A stretch of DNA of 64,000 bases from a virus. Every line of letters starts with the position of its first letter. Position 1 is the first letter of the stretch. Shown here one piece after another: positions 49,138 to 58,117 of this stretch. The notes under the pieces were generated by a model. The model did not search any database, was not told where the DNA came from, and saw only the letters and a list, made by a program, of their open reading frames with translations. Location of the stretch: IMG/VR virus record IMGVR_UViG_3300000839_000006; one strand, written 5' to 3'. The position numbers were made by a program, and so were the translations under genes.

Positions 49138-49992
49138 TTATACTCCCCGCATCTTGCTCAGAAGTATGGCGCAGTAGTGAGCAATCTTAATAATATCACG
49201 TTCAGCTTCTTCAGGACGCGCATTGGTCAATGCTCTGTTGATGTACCGCTTCATGTTGTGAATGATGTCTTCCTTGGATGCCGTAGTCATCTGGTCGTTG
49301 GGATAATCCCCATACTGCGGCACGGTGTACTCACGGATATGCTTGCGCACCAGTCCCTCAAACCAGTCCCACTCAATAATGCGGTTGCTTGTCATAGCGG
49401 TATGGCAGGGGTTATTCGTATCAAACGGCGTCCAAAGATTGCCCTGAGTAGACGCTTTAGGTGGCTTGCATCCGGGTCGCCACACGCTGTCTGCAATTTC
49501 ATCAACAACAAGAGGTTCTTTTTTCAGTTTCTTTTCCAGTTCTTCATGGCTCACATTATCCGGGCATACCGACTCTACACCATCACTACGGCACTTATCA
49601 AACTGCTCTTTAGCATTACAACTAGATGATACTGGCTGACCTTTACGAAAAGCCTCCACCGCAGGTGTAAGGAAATCACTAAAGTACTTGCGTGGTTTAG
49701 GCGGTACATCTATGTTACCAATAGTACCGATATTAAAAATACCACGGAAGTCATTTGCAAGCTGTTGTACACGTTCTTTAAAACGAGTTGCCTCACAATT
49801 ATACACGTGTTCCTGAAACTCTTCGACAAACTTTATAGCAGTCGGCAACGACTCAATGCTGGCAATACTAGTACTCTTTGTGTACCCTTTATACTTTAAA
49901 ATTATTCCCGAAAAACACAGCTCAACCTTAATGTCAAGGTCAGTCATGATGTTGCACAACGCTTTAATTCTTCCAGTCCAGATGTCACTCAT
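49138..49992 (-). CDS. multidomain hypothetical protein; C-terminal helical domain possibly nucleotide-hydrolase-like
   Basis: YTVPQYGDYPND...KRYINR...DIIKIAHY. Function not established. Confidence 0.4.
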   Translation of the reverse strand: MSDIWTGRIKALCNIMTDLDIKVELCFSGIILKYKGYTKSTSIASIESLPTAIKFVEEFQEHVYNCEATRFKERVQQLANDFRGIFNIGTIGNIDVPPKPRKYFSDFLTPAVEAFRKGQPVSSSCNAKEQFDKCRSDGVESVCPDNVSHEELEKKLKKEPLVVDEIADSVWRPGCKPPKASTQGNLWTPFDTNNPCHTAMTSNRIIEWDWFEGLVRKHIREYTVPQYGDYPNDQMTTASKEDIIHNMKRYINRALTNARPEEAERDIIKIAHYCAILLSKMRGV

Positions 49993-50741
49993 TTTTTTAC
50001 ACTCCACCAATGGTTTGGTAGTTGCTGTTTACCCGGACAAACAAGTTCACACCAGTTGCAGAACGTGTTATCTGTCGCAGGCCAGAAGTTTTCCTTCTCC
50101 GCTTCAAGCAAGTTATGTACCACGCATAATGTTGTAGCCATCGGAGAATCTTTATACGTATCAATATGAAACATACTTGGATTCGGTACATCTACGTGGA
50201 TGTTAAAAGGTTTCGCATCATCACTGTCGATATAGGCAAACAAGCTGAAGTATTTTGTAAGCCCTGTAACTGGTACAGCACATAAAGCATTTATATAAAG
50301 CTGAATCTCTTCATCATACTTCTTGCCAGTCTTCCAGTCGATGATAATGCCGAAGTCTTTCTGCGGATTCGTTGCAAGTATGTCTATCTTGGAACGTATG
50401 AACCCGGACTTGTCTTTCCAACCAACTGATGTGCCTGCGCTATTAATAGCCAGTGACAGTTCTGGTTGAATTATCCAGCCTTCTTGTTTAAGGCGTTCAA
50501 TAGATTCAAGGTTCTTTTGAATAGCATACCTAGTAGCTGCATCTAACTCTTTGTACGCAGGGAACGCATGTATTGACTTGATACCATCCCTACTTCCTGC
50601 CTCTAGTACAGCATGTATCTGTTCACCACGCGCCGCTTGTGGACTTTGTTTCCACGGTAGCTTCTTCGTGATGTACTGCGCATGAAACTTTGCAGGACAG
50701 TTCTGAAAAGACTTCAACATTGTGGGGGACATTGCGAACAT
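49989..50741 (-). CDS. PD-(D/E)xK (Cas4/RecB-like) exonuclease
   Basis: RGEQIH, KIDIL, IDWKTG and C-terminal CNWC...C motifs. Confidence 0.82.
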   Translation of the reverse strand: MFAMSPTMLKSFQNCPAKFHAQYITKKLPWKQSPQAARGEQIHAVLEAGSRDGIKSIHAFPAYKELDAATRYAIQKNLESIERLKQEGWIIQPELSLAINSAGTSVGWKDKSGFIRSKIDILATNPQKDFGIIIDWKTGKKYDEEIQLYINALCAVPVTGLTKYFSLFAYIDSDDAKPFNIHVDVPNPSMFHIDTYKDSPMATTLCVVHNLLEAEKENFWPATDNTFCNWCELVCPGKQQLPNHWWSVKK

Positions 50742-50778
50742 TTGTTTCTCCTAAGTGCGGCCCCACTCTTAGTTTGTA

Positions 50779-50988
50779 TTAGTCGATACGCCGTTGTGTA
50801 CCCTTAGCATCCGTCACATACCGCCGACCATTACTGGCACGTACTACGGCCCCGGTCTGAGGATTGACGTGTATTACAGGATACTCATTACGATAAAACC
50901 GTGCAACTCCGTACTTATTAGTACGAAACACCTGCTTCTTCTCTCTGAAATGCATCACAAGAAACCCATTCAACGGTGTCAAGTCCAT
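50779..50988 (-). CDS. small basic hypothetical protein
   Basis: AAGGAG RBS. Confidence 0.5.
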   Translation of the reverse strand: MDLTPLNGFLVMHFREKKQVFRTNKYGVARFYRNEYPVIHVNPQTGAVVRASNGRRYVTDAKGTQRRID

Positions 50989-50999
50989 GTTAAAACTCC

Positions 51000-51227
51000 T
51001 TAGTAAAAGGTGTATAAAACTATACCACTGCCAATCAAAATAAAAGCGAATGTTGAAAAACCATTCTCAAACTCATGGTACTCATCCGCACGAAAATCTT
51101 TATAGCGTTTTATAAGTGAGTCGTTCTTGTTGTTTGGTAGTAACATGTAGCATATACCACAACAAACGTATCCAATGAACACAACAACAAACGTAGCTAT
51201 GACAAAACCTACTGCATCTTGTAGCAT
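51000..51227 (-). CDS. small two-TM membrane protein
   Basis: Two hydrophobic segments. Confidence 0.5.
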   Translation of the reverse strand: MLQDAVGFVIATFVVVFIGYVCCGICYMLLPNNKNDSLIKRYKDFRADEYHEFENGFSTFAFILIGSGIVLYTFY

Positions 51228-51228
51228 A

Positions 51229-53772
51229 TCACACCACCGTAAAGTCGTAACCAGATTCTACTTCACAATCAATCGGTATGCCCTGTGCCCACGGCGGACA
51301 CTGACGCAACCAGTGGTAGTAAATCTCTTCAACTACTTTATGCCATGCCTCAGGTACTACCGAACCCCATGCGTCATGGATGTTAATATGCATCGGTATC
51401 CTTGAGATTGTATGCATCTGTACAGCTTGCCAACTAAGTATGGCGAAGGCCAGTCCCTGATTGCAGTTATGAACTATCATTGGTTCACCTGTACCACGCA
51501 CTACGAATCTGTTTCGTGGGCCACAGTCGAGGATGTCGTACACTGGGGTGCTGCATAGCATGTGGTAATAAAGTGCGTTCCCTGTCTGCCCCTTTAACGC
51601 TTCAACGGTTGCAGGTTTTTTAATCTCACATGCTTTTTTCCAACGTCTACCAGTCCACACCAAGTGGTCTGGTGTCATACGCACACCTTGTACTTCGATG
51701 CATTGTTGATTGTGTTTATATACCACACCTCCGTGGTAATAAAAATCATCACCATCAAAGATACGGTCACTTGCTAACACATTTTGAATAGGAACCCAAC
51801 CACGCCATGTGTACACTTCAACATCTTGTGCAATACAGTTATTAAATACAAGCCCACCATACACATGTTTCTTCTGGACTCTACCCTTGGCAAACTGGTC
51901 ATACACAAAGGACGGCTTGTTATGTTCATTCAACTCAGTACGTAGATTAGGGTACCGTATCCAGTAACCATTTGGCAACATGATACTGGGGACTGTACGT
52001 CCGAACACTTGCGCCTGACCATCATAATACAGAGTATTACCTTGAGGGCCACCGAAGTATCCAGCATTACCATTGAGCATGGCGACAAGAACATTCTCGC
52101 ATGTCTTCCAGAACTGTTTAATCATGGCATACTTGGTACGATAAATCTTGTTGGCTCTAGTGGCCTCTTTCAAATGCCCTGCCGGGGTGCTGTCTATGGT
52201 TCCATCCTCCTCTGTAAAGGACAGGTGAATACCTTGCTGGCTTAGGCGAAGTGCATACTTGGCAGCACCAATACCGTATTGACTACTAAGAATACCTTCC
52301 TTACCTACGTTACGCATAGTCTTATACTTCGGAGCTTCTGCCGCAGACTTGCCCTCACCCTTGGTGTAGTGAAGTATCTTTTCTGGTGCCACGGAGTATA
52401 TGTCTGAAGCAAGGTTAGCATATGGGTCACGCTTATTGGCGAAGTCATCAAGTAGCTGTTGCTCACACGCCAGCCATGCCCCGGTTCTACACTCAATCTG
52501 CGAGGAGTCACCAGCCACCACCAGCATTCCGGGGGCCACATTGATACACTTCCTCAGAGTCTTATCCCCTGTTCGCTTGGCAAGGTTCTGTAAGTTGATG
52601 CCATCACTGACATATTCCCCATCATCCGTGCCGCCCGTGTATCTGCCCGTGCCAGCAAGCCAGCACTCAAGGGGAACTGGCATGACACCGCGCCGGGATA
52701 TGCCCAAAAAAGTCTCACAGCGGCTCATAGCGATGCTTGAGTTGTTTTCGGCCCTCGCAGTAGCCAGAGCAGCTATATCGGGGTTCTCGTGCCTCTGTAG
52801 AGCCATGAACTCAAGGTCTTTCTTGGCAAGGGCCGGGGTCAGAATCACGTAGTCCTCAGTTTCAAGCTGCTCACGTACCGCCCGCCATGTTTTGGCTATG
52901 GTATGGTCGCTGACCTCCAAGTCTGTGCCAGTAATCCCTATAGCAGCCAGTGACTGCTCCCAACCCTGCATCATTTCCTCAAGCTGTTTCTTACGAGTGG
53001 CAGTCTGCGCGGCTGATACCTTGTATGGAACCACCGCACCTATCTGTTGGAATAACGCAGCACATTTATCCTTTGAGCGTATGGCCTTCAGGAATGCCTC
53101 TGTTGTAGGAAACTTGAACAGGTGCTTGAGCCTGTCCATTGCAGTCTGGTGTTGTAGTTCCAGTTTTCCATGATACTCTTCCAGCATAGGCTTGTTCAGG
53201 ATGAACGGCGACTGCGTGTACATGCGTGTTGTCATGGAGATTTGATGCAGTGCATCCATTGTCATGTGCGGCAACATCTTGTTCACATTCTGTCGCAGCC
53301 CCTCCACGTCACCAGTGCAGTACCGCTTGTACTCGAACAGTTCCTGTTGTGTCAGGTCTTGGATATGGCGTCCAGACATGGACTCAATGAACCCGCCCTT
53401 GGTATGGGTGCCAAGAAACTCACAGAGTGCCGCTTGACTCTCACGGGTAAGGCGAGAAATACCCGTCCACCGCGCCATTGCACGAGTGCATATTGGATTC
53501 GCAATCTTGATACCAAGGTAATCCTCCGTAATGAACGCATCGAACTTCGCGTTCTGCATGTACACCCATGTGTTGGGGTCATCTAACGGGAGTATAGTAA
53601 GGACACTACGAATCAAATGTGCGGGTACCATCTGCACGGGCTGGTCGTCCACTGCTACACCGAGGAGATGCAGTTCAAACCTAGGGTCTCTGACATATTC
53701 CTCAATGGACATCTTACGCAGTGTGTATGTGCCGTTCTCGTAATATGATTCGTAGTCAAGGAAGATGTTCAT
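51229..53772 (-). CDS. polA: family A DNA polymerase with 3'-5' exonuclease domain and an intein
   Basis: LDYESY (ExoI), GDSSQIECR (motif A), RNVGKEGILSSQYG (motif B), IHDAW (motif C). Confidence 0.93.
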   Translation of the reverse strand: MNIFLDYESYYENGTYTLRKMSIEEYVRDPRFELHLLGVAVDDQPVQMVPAHLIRSVLTILPLDDPNTWVYMQNAKFDAFITEDYLGIKIANPICTRAMARWTGISRLTRESQAALCEFLGTHTKGGFIESMSGRHIQDLTQQELFEYKRYCTGDVEGLRQNVNKMLPHMTMDALHQISMTTRMYTQSPFILNKPMLEEYHGKLELQHQTAMDRLKHLFKFPTTEAFLKAIRSKDKCAALFQQIGAVVPYKVSAAQTATRKKQLEEMMQGWEQSLAAIGITGTDLEVSDHTIAKTWRAVREQLETEDYVILTPALAKKDLEFMALQRHENPDIAALATARAENNSSIAMSRCETFLGISRRGVMPVPLECWLAGTGRYTGGTDDGEYVSDGINLQNLAKRTGDKTLRKCINVAPGMLVVAGDSSQIECRTGAWLACEQQLLDDFANKRDPYANLASDIYSVAPEKILHYTKGEGKSAAEAPKYKTMRNVGKEGILSSQYGIGAAKYALRLSQQGIHLSFTEEDGTIDSTPAGHLKEATRANKIYRTKYAMIKQFWKTCENVLVAMLNGNAGYFGGPQGNTLYYDGQAQVFGRTVPSIMLPNGYWIRYPNLRTELNEHNKPSFVYDQFAKGRVQKKHVYGGLVFNNCIAQDVEVYTWRGWVPIQNVLASDRIFDGDDFYYHGGVVYKHNQQCIEVQGVRMTPDHLVWTGRRWKKACEIKKPATVEALKGQTGNALYYHMLCSTPVYDILDCGPRNRFVVRGTGEPMIVHNCNQGLAFAILSWQAVQMHTISRIPMHINIHDAWGSVVPEAWHKVVEEIYYHWLRQCPPWAQGIPIDCEVESGYDFTVV
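51466..51837 (-). mobile_element. 124-aa mini-intein in the DNA polymerase
   Basis: Block A CIAQDVEV, block B TPDH, block F VYDIL, block G IVHN followed by Cys+1. No room for a homing endonuclease. Confidence 0.9.
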
Positions 53773-53885
53773 ACGTCATACCACCAGCATAGAAATTTAG
53801 CCAACAACATAGCACCTATTACAACAGAGAACATCATAACACCAATAATAATTAAAGCATATTTAATAGGTACTGGTTCAAACAC
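53769..53885 (-). CDS. 38-aa hydrophobic peptide absent from the track
   Basis: GTG start. TGA overlaps the polA ATG (ATGA). Confidence 0.4.
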   Translation of the reverse strand: MFEPVPIKYALIIIGVMMFSVVIGAMLLAKFLCWWYDV

Positions 53886-54147
53886 GATGAATAACATTAA
53901 GCCAGTCCTCCGCAGTTATCTTGTTGCAATTATAGATATCCTCAAAAGGACAGGTTATATCGCAGTGTTCAGTATTTCTGCAATGTTCTTTCAGTTTACC
54001 AGCCAAGAACTTTACCTTCTTCAACAGCACTGGAATAGTCTTTATAGCTTTACGGTCAGCCTGTTCGTGCAGGTCGCAATCCATACTAGGGTGCCCTTCC
54101 GGGTGTATAGCCTTGTGATACCGTGCCTCAATCTCTTTTATTTCCAT
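53878..54147 (-). CDS. Cys-rich small protein 1
   Basis: HCDITCP...C.KITAEDWL. Confidence 0.55.
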   Translation of the reverse strand: MEIKEIEARYHKAIHPEGHPSMDCDLHEQADRKAIKTIPVLLKKVKFLAGKLKEHCRNTEHCDITCPFEDIYNCNKITAEDWLNVIHRV

Positions 54148-54389
54148 ACAGATAACCAATCCTCTGTAGTTACTAGGCGACAAGTAATACTGGGGAATGC
54201 ACACATAGTTGAACCTAAAGGACAATCCCCTTCACGACAGGCCACCGACAAGTAATGCGCTATGTCACGCTGTTCATCCAGCTTAGCAGCGTCCGGTGGT
54301 ACCCACTCCACACCTCCAACATAAATATATCCCAATTCACGAAGTGTACGAATGGCAGCTATTGCCGCTCTGATTGTTAAATCACTCAT
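54138..54389 (-). CDS. Cys-rich small protein 2
   Basis: CREGDCP...CAFP.ITC.LVTTEDWL. Confidence 0.55.
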   Translation of the reverse strand: MSDLTIRAAIAAIRTLRELGYIYVGGVEWVPPDAAKLDEQRDIAHYLSVACREGDCPLGSTMCAFPSITCRLVTTEDWLSVWK

Positions 54390-54670
54390 ATGATGCGCCC
54401 CGTAATATACTCAGTTAATTTATCACGGCATACAAATATTAGACAACTACACTCATCCCTTACTGGACATTTATCGCAGCTAACAAGCTCCACCAACCAG
54501 TCAATCGCCACATCACGCTGCCTTACTGCTATACGAGTAGGCTCATGTTCTATAAGCATACGGTCAAGCACCATGTGACAAGCGTCAGTACCCTTATTAA
54601 TGTGACAATCCTGTACCAGCGGACAGCAGTTACAACCATTGTCGAGGATATACTTTTTAAGATGTATCAT
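54386..54670 (-). CDS. Cys-rich small protein 3
   Basis: Two CxxCP modules. Confidence 0.55.
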   Translation of the reverse strand: MIHLKKYILDNGCNCCPLVQDCHINKGTDACHMVLDRMLIEHEPTRIAVRQRDVAIDWLVELVSCDKCPVRDECSCLIFVCRDKLTEYITGRII

Positions 54671-54972
54671 TGCACATGCTCCCGCAGCCAGTCGTTTATC
54701 ATCTCAGCGCAATGAGCATCACTTTCTGAACCGCAATCCCCAGTCCATGCAGGACAGTGGTCACACGCATGGTGAACATCCGTTGCCTTGACAAAGCTCT
54801 GTATCATGTAGTCAAGTCTGCGCTGTACCACATCCATGTCATTAAGATACGCTGTGAGATTCCGTATACATTCGTCACTACCGGGTGGCGGAAAATCGCA
54901 GTCCAGTACAGGACACTGCCTACAGTGACCACCGATAGCAACCCTATGCACGTATGCTTTAATCTTTTCCAC
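54667..54972 (-). CDS. Cys-rich small protein 4
   Basis: Two CxxCP modules, GGAGG RBS, GTG start. Confidence 0.55.
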   Translation of the reverse strand: MEKIKAYVHRVAIGGHCRQCPVLDCDFPPPGSDECIRNLTAYLNDMDVVQRRLDYMIQSFVKATDVHHACDHCPAWTGDCGSESDAHCAEMINDWLREHVQ

Positions 54973-55057
54973 TAGACGGCCCTCCGTGGTTTATGTGTCA
55001 GCATCCTACACTGGACGCTCAGTTTAATTTGGTGCCTCCGTAGAGGCACCTGTTAAA

Positions 55058-55684
55058 CTAAGAGTTACCTGTTCTGTTGCGAAACTGGTCAATCTCTTCT
55101 TTGGTAGCCAACCGCCAGCGAACTATGTTCTGTGTGGTGTCAGCCTGTTCACCCCAAGGCAGTTCCTCTTGCATCGCTGGAACATAGTTGGTGCCGTTTG
55201 CGAGTTGTGCAACAACTACAGTCTGCAAGTTGGTAGCACATGTCTTGTTGGCAGCACGGTCTTTATCCGTCCACTCCCGCCAAGCATAGGGGTCTTCCGC
55301 TTCTGGCAGAGTCAGCCCTGCAAGGTCAAACTCAAGGCTCTCAATGTCGCCGCCCTGTTCAACAAAGCGGGCAAGCTTTTCTTCAATCAATGCACCATCC
55401 CAAGTTACATACTTTCGTATCGTGGTGTACGGGATGCCAAGTATCTTTGCCATAGCCTTCTGGTCTACACCGAGTTCTGTATACCGCATGACATAGCGGT
55501 ATACATCATACCGGGTTTCAGAACGCTTGCCATTACTGGAAACCTTAGGCGTAGACTCTTGCAACTTGGCTTCCAGCACAGCGATACGGTCTTCTGCGGC
55601 CTTCGCCCTCTTCACCATGATAGGGAGGTACTGTTCAATCAGCCCCTTCACAGTAAGTTCAAGCTGTTCAAGTCGCTGTTGCAT
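55058..55684 (-). CDS. coiled-coil plus HTH protein
   Basis: QKAMAKILGIPYTTIRKY HTH pattern. Confidence 0.55.
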   Translation of the reverse strand: MQQRLEQLELTVKGLIEQYLPIMVKRAKAAEDRIAVLEAKLQESTPKVSSNGKRSETRYDVYRYVMRYTELGVDQKAMAKILGIPYTTIRKYVTWDGALIEEKLARFVEQGGDIESLEFDLAGLTLPEAEDPYAWREWTDKDRAANKTCATNLQTVVVAQLANGTNYVPAMQEELPWGEQADTTQNIVRWRLATKEEIDQFRNRTGNS

Positions 55685-55693
55685 GGTATCACC

Positions 55694-56179
55694 CTACGCC
55701 TTGGGTGCAGGGGCCGGGTCAGCTTTCTTGGGTGCGGCAGCAGGTACAGGTTCAGGTTTCTTTGGCGCAGGAGCCGCAGCAGGGGCAGCATCGCTCCGCT
55801 TTTCCCACAACTTCATATCCTGCATCTTCTTACGCCGGGTCTTCTGCAAGTCCTTGCAAATCAGAGACTGGCTGCGCTTGTACCCGCACAGGTCACGGTA
55901 GGATTCAGGAGTGTGACCAATGGTAGCGAGGTAACGCTTTGTGATAATCTTGAATTGTTTACCAGTGACGCAGCAGGTCACAGTCTTGTCACGAATAGCA
56001 GTAGCCGGGTCGCATACCAGTTTGGGAGCGGTTTCAACAGTGCCACCAGCGGCAGCAGCCGCAAGTTCTTCAGCTACCTGATGCACATAGGCACCAAGTT
56101 CAACGGGAGTCATAGCTTTAACACCAGCCTGTGCTTTCGCAATTTCCATAGCCATCGCCATAAATTCAGTTGCAGACAT
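55694..56179 (-). CDS. mucR: MucR/Ros-family nucleoid-associated regulator with Ala/Pro/Lys tail
   Basis: EIAKAQA..V..MT, DPATAI, TC...GKQFK, YRDLCGYK...LIC..LQ..RRKKM.DMKLWE. Start reassigned to ATG 56179 after AAGGAAGG. Confidence 0.82.
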   Translation of the reverse strand: MSATEFMAMAMEIAKAQAGVKAMTPVELGAYVHQVAEELAAAAAGGTVETAPKLVCDPATAIRDKTVTCCVTGKQFKIITKRYLATIGHTPESYRDLCGYKRSQSLICKDLQKTRRKKMQDMKLWEKRSDAAPAAAPAPKKPEPVPAAAPKKADPAPAPKA

Positions 56180-56228
56180 TATTGTCCTTCCTTTGGGTTT
56201 GTGGTGCTTATGCACCGTTAGTGAGTCT

Positions 56229-56257
56229 TAAATAATCCACCTGAAAAAATATGTCAA
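56229..56257 (-). promoter_or_regulatory. possible sigma70 promoter for mucR
   Basis: TTGACA, 17 bp, TATTTA. The -10 is weak. Confidence 0.35.
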
Positions 56258-56601
56258 GTAGAAATTTCTTGTTTCTCAGGATATATTTTTACCAGAAGTT
56301 CATGGAATGGAAACTCCCCGGTAACAACCTTGGCCTGAGTCAATGCCATGTACAGCATGAAGCAGTCAATCGTCAGATGTGATATAACCTCTCCCAAAAC
56401 CTTGGGCTTCTCAAGCTTGTCGAAGCGATGGTTCATCGCATCATCCAGCCGCTTGCAAAATTCTTTGTAGCTGGCCTCTGCCAGTAAGATGATTCGAGGC
56501 GGCGACATGGGGTTAAGGCTCTTGATAAACGGCACCAGTTCAGGCGGGAAGCCGGGGTTATGGAATGCCACTGGCCCCACGTAGTCTATGAAAGTTGTCA
56601 T
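56254..56601 (-). CDS. hypothetical early protein
   Basis: ATGA coupling. Confidence 0.5.
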   Translation of the reverse strand: MTTFIDYVGPVAFHNPGFPPELVPFIKSLNPMSPPRIILLAEASYKEFCKRLDDAMNHRFDKLEKPKVLGEVISHLTIDCFMLYMALTQAKVVTGEFPFHELLVKIYPEKQEIST

Positions 56602-56888
56602 ATCAGTTCGTCCAGTGTGACAATGTTGATTACTTTGGACAGCGTACCATCTTTCTTGTACGGCTGTACGCGAAGCTGCCAAAAAGGTTCGCTATCAGTA
56701 CCCTCCACCGCCACCACAAGACCAGTCTGATACTCACCGAAGCGGGGACTACATGTCATCTTGACAACATCCCCAACTTTATGTGGGCAAATTTCATAGG
56801 CAACCTGTTGTTTTGTTTCGTTGTATTCGTCCACAGCTTTTCGCATGATGCCATACTTATGCTGCAACAAGTCTTTATAATCTTTCAT
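56598..56888 (-). CDS. hypothetical early protein
   Basis: GGAGG RBS, CPHKVGD motif. Confidence 0.55.
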   Translation of the reverse strand: MKDYKDLLQHKYGIMRKAVDEYNETKQQVAYEICPHKVGDVVKMTCSPRFGEYQTGLVVAVEGTDSEPFWQLRVQPYKKDGTLSKVINIVTLDELI

Positions 56889-57205
56889 ACCACCTCCAAG
56901 TAAGCTACAGGTTTATTCGACAGCCGTTCGTGCAACCAGAACAGCTTCTCCGTGCGCTTCACTAGTACCGTAATGGATGGATGCGCGTCAATCCCATTCT
57001 GAGCCAAGGCTCTTCGCACGTTGCGCTCTGTCACATTCAACATGTAACCAGTGTTAAAATGTATTGCTCCAAGCACAGTCCACTCCCGCCGCCCATGCTG
57101 ACAGATACCACAGGCTTGTTTGAACGCACAGTTCTGTATGTCAGGACATTGGATACCGTCATCACGTGTGTTGTTCACCTTGTAAATTTTGTATTCTATT
57201 TTCAT
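56885..57205 (-). CDS. hypothetical early protein
   Basis: ATGA coupling. Confidence 0.5.
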   Translation of the reverse strand: MKIEYKIYKVNNTRDDGIQCPDIQNCAFKQACGICQHGRREWTVLGAIHFNTGYMLNVTERNVRRALAQNGIDAHPSITVLVKRTEKLFWLHERLSNKPVAYLEVV

Positions 57206-57408
57206 CTGCCACCTATTATAATAGCCTTATCAGATACCAGCATAACATGTTTTTCCTCTTGTGCTGTGAACAGTTGAGCCAGACTATACCGCTTGGTGTA
57301 TTCCGTAGACTCTGGCATGTACTCCTGTATCTCTGCCCATTCACCCGCATAATGAGGCCAGTCGTCAAGAAATTCTTCTATTGAATAGTAGTAAACGAAC
57401 TTACGCAT
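57202..57408 (-). CDS. small acidic early protein
   Basis: GGAGG RBS. Confidence 0.5.
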   Translation of the reverse strand: MRKFVYYYSIEEFLDDWPHYAGEWAEIQEYMPESTEYTKRYSLAQLFTAQEEKHVMLVSDKAIIIGGR

Positions 57409-57608
57409 TCTATTTCCACCTCCACGACATGAAGCCGCGCTTCTGTATGATGTAACAACCGCCGCACCCTGAATTGTGTGATAATATCACCGTCTTCTAT
57501 CATGTTCTCAGCCCTTCGCAACCACCGCAGTCTAGTACGCAACTGATGCGGACACTGCAACTGTAAAGTCTCTTGTATATGTGTGAGCTTTTGAGTAAGT
57601 GCTTCCAT
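57378..57608 (-). CDS. hypothetical early protein
   Basis: ATG directly after the upstream stop. Confidence 0.4.
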   Translation of the reverse strand: MEALTQKLTHIQETLQLQCPHQLRTRLRWLRRAENMIEDGDIITQFRVRRLLHHTEARLHVVEVEIECVSSFTTIQ

Positions 57609-57609
57609 G

Positions 57610-57918
57610 TTATACATCCATACCACATTCAATACAATATTCCTCATCATTCACTACCACATGATTGGACAATGGAAGTCCGCACCCGCATTCAGCGCAG
57701 TAGAAGTACCCTTTATCGAAACAGTTATCACATACATAGTACCCACTTGTTTCTATATAATGTGTGTCGGCTCTATCAAAATAATCCCAACAGTCCCTAC
57801 ACCGCTCCATGTTATCATGCGCCTGACACTTGTTACAAACAGCGTACCCGGTCGCATTTACATGCAGTTCTTCAAAGTCACTCGTTCCGCACACGTCACA
57901 CTTGTACTGTTTCATCAT
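57610..57918 (-). CDS. multi-CxxC zinc-finger protein
   Basis: Six CxxC pairs, GGGAG RBS. Confidence 0.6.
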   Translation of the reverse strand: MMKQYKCDVCGTSDFEELHVNATGYAVCNKCQAHDNMERCRDCWDYFDRADTHYIETSGYYVCDNCFDKGYFYCAECGCGLPLSNHVVVNDEEYCIECGMDV

Positions 57919-58117
57919 AGCAACTCCCACATAAAAGTTCACTTTCATAATCAACGCACTCACTACGAAGGTCAATATCCCCGCAATGCTCACACATAAA
58001 GTAGTGGTTATCATAGCAGGTGTCACATATAACCATGTCCCTTACCGTTATAACTGTCTCTTGCAGGGAGTATTCGGCTCCGCAGTCATCACATTTAACT
58101 CGCACTAGCACTTGCAT
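57896..58117 (-). CDS. multi-CxxC zinc-finger protein
   Basis: Four CxxC pairs. Confidence 0.6.
   Translation of the reverse strand: MQVLVRVKCDDCGAEYSLQETVITVRDMVICDTCYDNHYFMCEHCGDIDLRSECVDYESELLCGSCYDETVQV

Noticed and set aside
55169-56221. 350-aa plus-strand ORF
   Set aside because: Antisense to mucR and its neighbour, which have clear motifs and RBSs. The same applies to 20128..21309 (-) opposite the head genes.
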